From Promethearchaeota archaeon (GTDB lineage: Archaea > Asgardarchaeota > Hermodarchaeia > Hermodarchaeales > Hermodarchaeaceae), in contig JBHLPH010000017.1 of the NCBI GenBank assembly GCA_048939625.1, forward strand, positions 1-43,310: a stretch of DNA of 43,310 nucleotides, written 5' to 3'. The notes under the pieces were generated by a model that saw only the letters and a program-made list of their open reading frames with translations, was not told the DNA's origin and ran no database searches. This document shows positions 27,432 to 36,145 of this stretch, in pieces (positions within the stretch are counted from its first letter, which is position 1; each line of letters opens with the position of its first letter). The translations under genes were made by a program, and so were the position numbers.

Positions 27432-27476
27432 CTGGGAAAATGAAAGGTACATCAGACAGAGTGGCTGACCACGTTT
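27432..27476 (+). repeat. Degenerate copy of the dispersed repeat
   Basis: CTGGGAAAATGAAAGGTACATCAGACAGAGTGGCTGACCACGTTT; 30/46 match to copy 2 by manual alignment; lies between convergent genes. Confidence 0.45.
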
Positions 27477-27487
27477 ACGTGAGTAGC

Positions 27488-28312
27488 TTATTGACGAATT
27501 GAGGGAAAGTTGAGTTTACCTTCATGTTTGAGGTAGGAGAGGACCATGACAGTGATGAGAACGGCAATTACGACAATGACAAGTACTGTATAAATCATGG
27601 GAAGAATTCCCGGAAGTGGTGGGAATGGAGGGAGGGGGAGTTGGGGCTCAGTGACGCGACAATAGTTGATATAGAGTTGGGCGTCGGGTTTTCCGGGGGC
27701 TTCGATGATTTGCCAGTGGATGCGGTAGTGATGATAGGTTGTGTTAATGTTGGTTAGCGAACAGGTGACGGTAGTATAGTTGGTCCAATAGCCAGGGGTT
27801 TCATTGAGACAGGGGTGCAGAGTGGTGAGATAGGGAAGGGTGCCATTCGGTAGAGGTGTATCAGGGGCGATACTTTCATTGAGTCCATAGAGCAGGATAA
27901 CGGCTGAGGGGCCAGTCGCACAACTTCGGTATTGGATGGTAACGTGGTTGATATCCAGAGGAGTGAAATCTTGCCAGAACATGATGGTATGCTCTTGATT
28001 GGTGCGAGTAGGTTGGAGGAATAGGGTATCCGCGTCGCCACCATTTTCGGTGTCATTAATCAGACGGTACTGTTCTTTGGGACCGTTCGAATCGCCGCTG
28101 AAGTGCCAGAACATGGGTTTGGATACATTATGATCATTCCCATCCCAACCTCCAGGTTCGCTTTCAGTAAAATCCCAATTGGAAACCAAGTCAACAGGGA
28201 CTGGAAGCTGCAGAGAGGATCCAATAACCCGAGGAGATGGAAAAATTAAGGTGAGAGAGAATACTAAGAGTACTCCGAAGAGAAGTAGATTTACAGTGTG
28301 GGATTGTTTCAT
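27488..28312 (-). CDS. Secreted protein with Pro-rich linker and C-terminal membrane anchor
   Basis: Signal peptide; N-x-T/S sequons; PPLPGILP followed by a TM helix. Confidence 0.75.
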   Translation of the reverse strand: MKQSHTVNLLLFGVLLVFSLTLIFPSPRVIGSSLQLPVPVDLVSNWDFTESEPGGWDGNDHNVSKPMFWHFSGDSNGPKEQYRLINDTENGGDADTLFLQPTRTNQEHTIMFWQDFTPLDINHVTIQYRSCATGPSAVILLYGLNESIAPDTPLPNGTLPYLTTLHPCLNETPGYWTNYTTVTCSLTNINTTYHHYRIHWQIIEAPGKPDAQLYINYCRVTEPQLPLPPFPPLPGILPMIYTVLVIVVIAVLITVMVLSYLKHEGKLNFPSIRQ

Positions 28313-28464
28313 TCCTTTTCACCTGCTGGGAGAGAGGATTTACCGCTAAAATGGGAGAGTTACACTTTCGTTAACGAATTAAAGAACACATTGGTGTGCC
28401 AGTTAAGGCACATCAAATTTTGAGAAAACCTAAGTGCCTTTTTCCTTGTGAAATGACCTAATTC

Positions 28465-28511
28465 AAAAAAGGAGGAGGAGCCCGTAAGCCATTATTGCGA
28501 GCTTGCGGGCT
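28465..28511 (-). terminator. Hairpin plus T-tract after 28521..29252
   Basis: AGCCCGTAAGC-N11-GCTTGCGGGCT with A6 on the left (T6 on the minus strand). Confidence 0.6.
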
Positions 28512-28520
28512 GATGATGGG

Positions 28521-29252
28521 TTAGGGTTGAGGTTTGGGTGGTCTGGCGCGGTAGTTGATCATGCCACCGATGAAAGTGATGATCATGCCGATAGCGATGA
28601 GGCTGAGGGCGATGAGAGTGTACGGGGCGAGGAAGAGGACTAAAGCGATGAGTAGAGCGCCGATGTCGACGAGTAAGCCACCGAGCCAGACGAGCCAGTT
28701 CCCGGTTCTAATGGGGTGTTGGCGTTGTTTGTTGATACGGTAGGTGAGGATGAGGGGGAAGAATAGTAGGTAGATGATCCAGAGGAAGCCGCCATAAGCT
28801 AGGAGTGCTAGGGGCATGGCGAGCCAGTTCATAGCCCCGTCGAAGGCCAAGAAGATGGTTGCAGGGGTTACTAGGAGCCATATTGAAGCGAGGAAGGTAA
28901 TCGTGCCAATAAGGAGTAGGTAGCGAAGCCAGAGTGGGGCTGTGAGATGTTCAGTGTCGAGTGAATAGAAGGCTGCAAAGAAGCCGTAGATGGCGTAACA
29001 TGACCATAAGGCCATGAAGTAGGGCATGAGTTGATCTGCGGTGGCGGCTGCGGGGAGTTGATTGATCATGGTTAGGAGGATGGAGAAGGTGAAGAATAGA
29101 AAGAAGAAAGTCAAGAAGTTAAGCCAGGGGTTGACCAGTCGTTTTTCCTTGGTGGTAGTATTGGAGAACCCAACTAGGATAGCGATTAGCAGGATGATCC
29201 AACCAATCAGGAGAAGTCCAAAATGTATTGGTGTTTCAAGAATGTAGAGCAT
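28521..29252 (-). CDS. Hypothetical 7-TM membrane protein (possible distant paralog of 8155..8889)
   Basis: 243 aa, about 7 hydrophobic segments, similar helix spacing. Confidence 0.75.
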   Translation of the reverse strand: MLYILETPIHFGLLLIGWIILLIAILVGFSNTTTKEKRLVNPWLNFLTFFFLFFTFSILLTMINQLPAAATADQLMPYFMALWSCYAIYGFFAAFYSLDTEHLTAPLWLRYLLLIGTITFLASIWLLVTPATIFLAFDGAMNWLAMPLALLAYGGFLWIIYLLFFPLILTYRINKQRQHPIRTGNWLVWLGGLLVDIGALLIALVLFLAPYTLIALSLIAIGMIITFIGGMINYRARPPKPQP

Positions 29253-29395
29253 TCCGTTGAAACCCTCCGCGTTACCTTCCCCTGGTCATGCTATTAAAAC
29301 CCTTCAGTCACCTCTCGAATCTATTCTTCACTTTTTTGTTCATCAAAAAAATCTGCAGTTATTTCCGTGTGTCTGTTACAAGTATTCAGTCTCCA

Positions 29396-29500
29396 GGTTC
29401 AATTTGGGAAGGAAAATGGGGATTTTTGGTACTTTTGTGCCCTGTTTGGGTTACGGTCATTTATAGCGGAGGCATGGGCAAAAGGCAAGCACCCAATTGG
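29396..29500 (+). promoter_or_regulatory. Duplicated promoter/leader, copy A
   Basis: 29433-29466 matches 30627-30660 at 31/34 nt; contains TTTATA. Confidence 0.75.
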
Positions 29501-29542
29501 CGCCCTCTTGCAATTGGAGGGGTGACTTTTGGGAGGGATAAT

Positions 29543-30499
29543 ATGAGAATATCACACAAACTTAGAATGCTTACACTAGTGTTTCTGTTCAGTAGTGTCC
29601 TTGGATTTGGAATGATGTTGCCTTCGGTGGCTGCCAGTGAAACAGTGATTTACGATGTATCAGAATTAATCACCCAAGGTGAGTTACAACTTCATGTCGT
29701 GATGATTCCTGACGGAGTTGAAGTGAAAATCGAAATGGGATGGGACGAGCCTACCGGTGTTGGTTATGACCTTGATTTCTACGTATTCGATGGGGGCTTC
29801 CTAGCCCAGGGAGCTTCGGTAAATAACCCAGAAATGGCGTTTTTGGGTGGTTTTGCCACTCCAACTGAAGTGTACATCTGGGTTGAGGGCTTTTGGGCAC
29901 CTGATCCAGGTGTTGAGTACTATCTTCGTGTTGTAGTGGGTCCGGATGTTATTCCTGATCCCTATGCAGAATCAGGTGGGCTCTCAGTAGGCGATTTGCA
30001 GAGCTGGCATAATGCTCCTGCGGTTGCTATTTATGAAGCAGCCCCGAATGCTGCCTTCAAATGGTCTTCCGAGAGTAATTTTGCTCGCCAAGTGATTATG
30101 CCATTTTACTCCTGGTTTGGAGTCTACTGGGGATCAGGCTGGCTAGGACCCACCTACTATGCCGGTGACCCACTTATCGTTGGTGGCGTCACACGAGCTA
30201 TTCCTTACGACAACGAAATTGGTGTCACTAACATCAAACAGGCGCAAACGTTCTTTAGGTCACTAGTCATCGAAATTTTCATTGATGGCATACCCCTCGA
30301 AGACCTTGGTAATCCAATCCAGCATACATGTCGACCTGATCACTACCTCAACCGTTGGTACTATCGAGAGCCCAAAGTACTGTTTCATCCTGGCGAGTTA
30401 TATGACCTGCTACCTAAAACAGAAGATGATCTCCACACCTTCGAATATAGGTACAACGGTGAGACCGTGTTCTTTGATTACTTCTACCTGCTCTGGTAA
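29543..30499 (+). CDS. Secreted protein with PPC (pre-peptidase C-terminal)-like domain
   Basis: ATG 29543 after GGAGG; signal peptide; W......DLDFYVFD.......S...PE. Confidence 0.75.
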   Translation: MRISHKLRMLTLVFLFSSVLGFGMMLPSVAASETVIYDVSELITQGELQLHVVMIPDGVEVKIEMGWDEPTGVGYDLDFYVFDGGFLAQGASVNNPEMAFLGGFATPTEVYIWVEGFWAPDPGVEYYLRVVVGPDVIPDPYAESGGLSVGDLQSWHNAPAVAIYEAAPNAAFKWSSESNFARQVIMPFYSWFGVYWGSGWLGPTYYAGDPLIVGGVTRAIPYDNEIGVTNIKQAQTFFRSLVIEIFIDGIPLEDLGNPIQHTCRPDHYLNRWYYREPKVLFHPGELYDLLPKTEDDLHTFEYRYNGETVFFDYFYLLW

Positions 30500-30523
30500 C
30501 AACAAATTCTCTGTGAGGTTCAG

Positions 30524-30553
30524 GGGCGGGGTTTCCCGCCTCGTACTTTTTTT
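30524..30553 (+). terminator. Hairpin plus T-tract
   Basis: GGCGGG-GTTT-CCCGCC then T7. Confidence 0.55.
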
Positions 30554-30588
30554 CTCAAGGAGGATAACGTGTAGGGTGTTCCCTCATT

Positions 30589-30695
30589 GGGTTCTATTTC
30601 GGTGAAAAAATTAGGAATTCAGGCGTTTTTGTGACCTGTGTGGGTTACAGTCATTTATAGGGGAAGCAGAGGCAATTGGCAAATACACCAATTGG
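30589..30695 (+). promoter_or_regulatory. Duplicated promoter/leader, copy B
   Basis: Homologous to 29396-29500; TGTGACC-N6-GGTTACA inverted repeat just upstream of TTTATA. Confidence 0.75.
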
Positions 30696-30705
30696 AGGCA
30701 TTACT

Positions 30706-32004
30706 ATGAAATGGAAAACAGTCTTTGTGCTCTTCCTTATCACAGCTGGTTTTCTCTGCTTAAATCCACGTCAAGTAGTGCAGGGTCAACCACTCACAAT
30801 CGAAGTCACCCAAATCACCGAAGACCTTTCCTACAGGTCTCATCCCACAATTTTTGGGGATACTATCGTTTGGCAGGAAGGTATCGGTTTGGATTGGGAT
30901 ATTGTGGTTCATGATTTGGAGTCAGGTTCAACCCTGCCACTCACGACCGACGACGTTCATCAATTCTATCCTGCAATCTATGACAACGTCGTGGTCTGGG
31001 AAGATTGGAGCGACCATAACATCCACATGTATGACCTAGCCACTACAACCGGGGATATCCCAGTTGATCCTAGTGATGCTAGCCAGACTCTTCCTGCAAT
31101 CTATGAAAACCGGGTTGTATGGACCGACTACCGATCGTCTCCCAAAGGCATCTATGTCTATGATCTCGCATCCAGTTCCGGAAAAACCATCGCAACTTCG
31201 ACCCAAATTCAGTATCGCGCCGACATATTTGAAGACATCGTGGTCTGGGAAGACCACACAAACGGTCCCTGGGATATTTGGGGCTATGACTTGGCGACTG
31301 ACACCTCACTAATCATTACAAACGATGATGAGTATCAACTAACTCCGAAAATTTTTGGGAAATATGTTACCTTCGAAGGGCAATACTCCACTTCGTATCC
31401 CCAAACCGGAAATGTGTGGCTCCATGATCTATCAACGGGAATCGATACGCAAATAACCTCTCACGAAGCACGACAGGGAGATCCTGCGATATATGGTGAT
31501 CGTATCGTCTGGACGGATCTCCGGAATGGTCGATCCGAAGTATACCTCTACGATCTTTCGCTCGATGTTGAAATCTTCGTAGGACATGGAAGTGAGCCAG
31601 AAATTCATGAAAATCGTATTGTGTGGACAAATGGGCGGCACATCTATCTGGGTGAAATTATTGAATCCACAATCCCCGCTACCATTGATATCGACCCCGA
31701 CACTCTTAATTTGCGAAGCCAAGGAGAATGGATAACCGCTAACATTACACCACCCGAAGGCTATCTGATTACTGACATTGTCATTGCCACAATCGTTCTC
31801 GAAGGAGAAATTCCCGCAGAATGGGGTGATTTCCAAGACGGCATCCTAATGGTGAAATTCAACCGCGCGGCCGTAATAGACTACATACGAATCACCTTAG
31901 GCCTCACTGAAGGTGAGGTGACCTTGACCATCACTGGGGCAATAGCCGATACTTCATTTGAGGGCTATGATACTATCCGAGTAATATGCACTGAGAGAAG
32001 TTGA
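30706..32004 (+). CDS. Secreted TolB-like beta-propeller repeat protein (methanogen-type propeller)
   Basis: ATG 30706 after GGAGG; seven P.I....VW.D.......IY.YDL repeats; C-terminal IDIDPDTLNL.S.G.WIT domain. Confidence 0.85.
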   Translation: MKWKTVFVLFLITAGFLCLNPRQVVQGQPLTIEVTQITEDLSYRSHPTIFGDTIVWQEGIGLDWDIVVHDLESGSTLPLTTDDVHQFYPAIYDNVVVWEDWSDHNIHMYDLATTTGDIPVDPSDASQTLPAIYENRVVWTDYRSSPKGIYVYDLASSSGKTIATSTQIQYRADIFEDIVVWEDHTNGPWDIWGYDLATDTSLIITNDDEYQLTPKIFGKYVTFEGQYSTSYPQTGNVWLHDLSTGIDTQITSHEARQGDPAIYGDRIVWTDLRNGRSEVYLYDLSLDVEIFVGHGSEPEIHENRIVWTNGRHIYLGEIIESTIPATIDIDPDTLNLRSQGEWITANITPPEGYLITDIVIATIVLEGEIPAEWGDFQDGILMVKFNRAAVIDYIRITLGLTEGEVTLTITGAIADTSFEGYDTIRVICTERS

Positions 32005-32069
32005 AGTAGACTAGGAATCACGTCCGTTGACAAAGATTAGAAAGATTTTTTCACCATCACTAGATATGC

Positions 32070-33647
32070 ATGTTGATGCATATTCGAAGATCGGGTCTAA
32101 TCCTCACCATTTCCATCATCCTAATTACTGGACTGGTGGTTAGTGGCTGGTGGATTTTCGTCCATACTATCTCAGTTCCTCAGGTGTCAGTGGAGGGGGG
32201 ACATCTACTCGATAGTTCACCAGGACAGATAAGCGTCCGAGCCGACACTCCGCAGCTCAGTCTGTCACTCGGTGTCCCCAATGGAGCGATTCTGGCTAGT
32301 CAGCTTCTCACGATCCAGAATCTTGCCAGCGATCGAGTTGAGTTGCAAGCCTTGCCTCCGGGCACGCATATTGTGCATCGTGCAGCGACCTTTCTACAAC
32401 TCCGGCTTCCTTCCCTCTCAGCAGGTGTGCACCATTTGTCGTTAAGCACCCAACCAATAGATGAAAACAAGGTAACGATTGCAGTATTTGGAGATAGCCA
32501 AGGCTTCAATGAGGCGCTGGCCACAATTGTCGAGGATGTCAATCTGAGAGAGGTTGATTTTGCAGTGCACCTCGGTGATATTACCCCGTCAGGCGAGTTT
32601 AGCCAGTATGCCGCGGTGGCAGCTGTATTAGAAGAGCTGCAAGTGCCACTGTATGCGACGCCTGGGAATCATGACATTAAGGGCAATGGGACCACCCACT
32701 ACACCCACTATTTTGGACCACAGAATCTTGCCTTTACCTATAATGACATGTGCTTCATTAGTGTGGATTCATCTTCCCTTGGCGTGAATGCAACGCTCTT
32801 CGACTGGCTCGAAGGAGAATTACAACAAGCGGACACTCGCCCCATTATCGTCTATACACATGTCCCAGCAGTTGACCCACGTCCTGGCAATGACCATGGT
32901 TTTCTAGACGGTCAGGAAGCCGATGCCTTTCTTGCCCTCATGACCCAATATCAGGTTACCTTGGTTATGAACGGGCATATCCACCTGTTTAACACTACGG
33001 TGCATGAAGAAATTCCGTATCTCATCAGTGGCGGCGCTGGTGCGGCCCTTGTTGCCCCAGCCAGCCAAGGAGGCTTCCACCATTACGTGCTGGTCACGAT
33101 TGCCACCGAGGAAGTAACCCTAAGTCCTCAACCTGTGGAAGTCCCGCTCCTTCCTGTCGCTGTGGAACTGCGGAATGCCGCTAATTTCAGTATGATTCTG
33201 GGTCTCCATGACCTCGAAAGTCTGGCGTCGATCGAGCGCTTTGGACAATTTGAAAACCAGTACGGCAATCTTCACGGGTACGGGGTTTATCGTGGAGTCC
33301 TCGTCAGTGATCTCTTAGACCTCGTGGGAGGAATCAACTCGAATCAGGGCCTTGTTGTTAAAGCCGTTGATGAGTACCAGCAATCCTATGGGTATGCCAA
33401 TGTGTATCCCAACTCCAGTTGGTACCAGCTACAAGGCGATTTCATCCTAGCCTTCCAGTACAACACTAGCCTCCCCCCTAACTGGACCGATGGGCCACGA
33501 CTCGCATTTCTCCCAGCGGATGAAACGTATTCCAACGATGATTGCACGGCGACTTCATACCCGGGTCAGGGCTGTGAGCTATATCCGTCCGCGGGCGCCC
33601 GGTGGGTACGGAATGTAATTTTACTCCAACTCATCAACAGCCCCTGA
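32070..33647 (+). CDS. Membrane-anchored metallophosphoesterase fused to a molybdopterin-oxidoreductase-like domain
   Basis: GDSQ, HLGD, PGNHD, THVP, GHIH, ISGGAG; C-terminal YRGV.VSDLL...VKAVD.Y...ILAF...GPRL...WVRNV. Confidence 0.8.
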   Translation: MLMHIRRSGLILTISIILITGLVVSGWWIFVHTISVPQVSVEGGHLLDSSPGQISVRADTPQLSLSLGVPNGAILASQLLTIQNLASDRVELQALPPGTHIVHRAATFLQLRLPSLSAGVHHLSLSTQPIDENKVTIAVFGDSQGFNEALATIVEDVNLREVDFAVHLGDITPSGEFSQYAAVAAVLEELQVPLYATPGNHDIKGNGTTHYTHYFGPQNLAFTYNDMCFISVDSSSLGVNATLFDWLEGELQQADTRPIIVYTHVPAVDPRPGNDHGFLDGQEADAFLALMTQYQVTLVMNGHIHLFNTTVHEEIPYLISGGAGAALVAPASQGGFHHYVLVTIATEEVTLSPQPVEVPLLPVAVELRNAANFSMILGLHDLESLASIERFGQFENQYGNLHGYGVYRGVLVSDLLDLVGGINSNQGLVVKAVDEYQQSYGYANVYPNSSWYQLQGDFILAFQYNTSLPPNWTDGPRLAFLPADETYSNDDCTATSYPGQGCELYPSAGARWVRNVILLQLINSP

Positions 33648-33837
33648 CCGATTTGGATTTCATTCTTAAAATCACAGGAACCATGATAACTCGCAGAAGC
33701 TCTCAGCCATTTAGCTTCAAGTTCAGAGGTAGTAGTCTCTGTGTCTGCAACCAAACCTTTATTAAGTTGTTTTTCCAAACAAGTTTGAAGGGCAAACCAG
33801 TTTAAACACGTAGCTAAAAAAGATTAAGGTGTATAAA

Positions 33838-34521
33838 ATGGAAACCACAACGAAATTAGATGAACTCGCCCGTAAAGTTCAACGAGCCTACTATGAAGAT
33901 GGACTGGCCGATCTTTTCATGGGCATAATTTTCCTAGGCATAGCCTCCTTATGCACCCTGCTTGCGTACAATGTCACATTTTTGTGGATTATTATACTTA
34001 CGCTCAATCCGTTGTTTTATCTTCCCCTCATTGAAAGAGCAAAGCAGCGATGGGTGTATCCCCGAGCGGGATATGTCAAACCCAAGCCCTATCAGAAAAT
34101 GAGTACACGCGTAGTCGTCCTTATTCTTGTCTTCGCAATTATACTGCTATTTCTCCCTCCTATGGCGTTATTTCTCCTTTCTAGTTATGCTGGGCTGTTC
34201 TTCTGGTTGATCTGGATTGCGCCTGTTACGATGAGTGTATTGATATCCATTGGACCTTTTGTCATTGCTCACAGGTACCACATCGGTCGCTACTACCTAT
34301 TCGCTTTGCTGCTTCCAGTCATCGGAGTCATCGTGCCCTGGTTAAATCTCAGCTTTCCCAGCGCCTACGCGGCATTTTTCACAACCTTGGCGATCCAAAC
34401 TGCTGTATTTGGACTCCTTGGCCTCTTGTCCGGTACGGTCCTCTTTCTCCGGTTCCTGCACCGCTATCCTGTTGAATCCATTGATCCCGCTGAAGGTGAG
34501 AATTTACATGCCTTCGCCTGA
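33838..34521 (+). CDS. Membrane protein (about 6 TM) coupled to the downstream regulator
   Basis: YYEDGL.D...G; YPRAGYV motif; overlaps the start of the wHTH gene. Confidence 0.75.
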   Translation: METTTKLDELARKVQRAYYEDGLADLFMGIIFLGIASLCTLLAYNVTFLWIIILTLNPLFYLPLIERAKQRWVYPRAGYVKPKPYQKMSTRVVVLILVFAIILLFLPPMALFLLSSYAGLFFWLIWIAPVTMSVLISIGPFVIAHRYHIGRYYLFALLLPVIGVIVPWLNLSFPSAYAAFFTTLAIQTAVFGLLGLLSGTVLFLRFLHRYPVESIDPAEGENLHAFA

Positions 34522-34831
34522 ATCCTCAACGGCACCATTCATTGAGGATGATCTTGATCCAATTGTCCATTCGCCAGCACGGCTCAAAATCTTGACCGTC
34601 CTCAAAGAAGTTGAGAGTGCGGATTTCCTGTTCATCTTACGCCGCACTGGGCTCACACGGGGAAACCTCTCCTCCCACCTAAGCAAGCTGGAAACCGCCA
34701 GCTATGTCAGCATCACCAAAGAATTTATCGATAAAATTCCCCACACCCTCATCCAACTCACCCAAGAAGGAAGAACTGCTTTAGAGCGGTATCGTCTGCA
34801 GATGTTACAGAAACTCGAACAAATAAAATGA
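34508..34831 (+). CDS. Winged-helix transcriptional regulator (HTH_34, ArsR/MarR-like)
   Basis: DPIVHSPARLKIL..L....DF..I.....LT.GNLSSHL.KLE..SYV...K.......T...LT..GR. Confidence 0.9.
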   Translation: MPSPESSTAPFIEDDLDPIVHSPARLKILTVLKEVESADFLFILRRTGLTRGNLSSHLSKLETASYVSITKEFIDKIPHTLIQLTQEGRTALERYRLQMLQKLEQIK

Positions 34832-34919
34832 GACCCAATAACGTAAACTAATGTGTTCTTCACGTCTTCTGCCCAGATTAGCTTCTTTTGTTCGGAGCTT
34901 TGTTTCAATCAGAGATAAT

Positions 34920-35936
34920 TCAAAGGGCGGTAAGTACGTAAGAGAGAGTGATTTGATATATTCCCCAAAAGCAGATTGCCAGAACTGCTGAGACAGGAAC
35001 AGTGAGAAGAGAGGTTAAGATTAGTTTTCGTAAAACTCGTTTATTTGAGGGGACTTGATTTGCCATATTTGCGCCAATTATCGATGTTATTAGAATGTGT
35101 GTTGCAGCGAGAGGAATCCCCATTATAGTACCTACTAACAGCACAATTGCCCCTGCTGTTGCCGATGAAAAACTCGCACTGGGACGTAACTCGGTCAACT
35201 CAACTCCCACCGTCTTAACTACGCGGCGTCCCAAAATGATTAATCCTATACCCATACCCAACCCGCCAAGGAACAACAATAATGAAAAAGCGGGGGGTGC
35301 CATGAAAAAAATCGTTAGCAAACCTATCGCCTTAGCCACATCATTTCCTCCCCGACTCAAGCAGATGATAATGATCATCACCAGGAGCAACACGCCAAAG
35401 ATTTGCTCTTTTCGCTGTACATCAGCTAATCCTCGGCTCTTCATTAGAACTGATCGCCGAACGAACCATTGGAGAAAATATGCGATTGCTAAACTAAGAA
35501 TCGGACTCAGGACCCAGCCAAGAATTATGATGGAGACGGTGTCCCACCGAACCAAGGGCGTACCCAAACCCAACGTTCCTAAAAGTCCAATCCCAATGAT
35601 GCCTCCAACAATTGAATGAGTCGCGGAAATCGGATAACCACGGGACGCACTGAATAGCATCCACACGATGATAGCTAGCGAAATAACAAACACGAGGTCG
35701 ACAGAAAGCGGTTGGGTGACCATCTCTGCCCCTATCGTTGTGCTCACTCCCTGACCCAATACCACTGCTCCAATGATCAATAGGATGCCGCCTAATATTA
35801 CCGCGTTCCTCGACGAAAGCACTTTTGCGCCTACCAGGCTGGCCATTGTGCTATCATTAGATCCAATCGCGAAGGCTGTAATAAATGCCAGAATGAGCAA
35901 TACAATGATGGGAAGGGTGAGGGTAACGAATAACAA
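34920..35936 (-). CDS. pitA: Inorganic phosphate transporter (PiT family)
   Basis: IGSND and GGNDVA PiT signatures; PISATH; likely start TTG 35936 after GGAG. Confidence 0.85.
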   Translation of the reverse strand: MLFVTLTLPIIVLLILAFITAFAIGSNDSTMASLVGAKVLSSRNAVILGGILLIIGAVVLGQGVSTTIGAEMVTQPLSVDLVFVISLAIIVWMLFSASRGYPISATHSIVGGIIGIGLLGTLGLGTPLVRWDTVSIIILGWVLSPILSLAIAYFLQWFVRRSVLMKSRGLADVQRKEQIFGVLLLVMIIIICLSRGGNDVAKAIGLLTIFFMAPPAFSLLLFLGGLGMGIGLIILGRRVVKTVGVELTELRPSASFSSATAGAIVLLVGTIMGIPLAATHILITSIIGANMANQVPSNKRVLRKLILTSLLTVPVSAVLAICFWGIYQITLSYVLTAL

Positions 35937-36145
35937 GAGGACGGAGTCTCCAATAGTGTGGTAACATTGACGAGTACTAGGCTTGCCAGCCAACTATATA
36001 AATTATATAGTATATCAATTTTACATAAATTCCCAGCAGTTTTCTCAAAGACCCAAAAATGACCTGCTATTTGTTAAAATGTAGTCTTTGAACTGAACCC
36101 AAATTTGTTAATGACACTGGTTTACCCAGATGGTGAGAACGCAGG

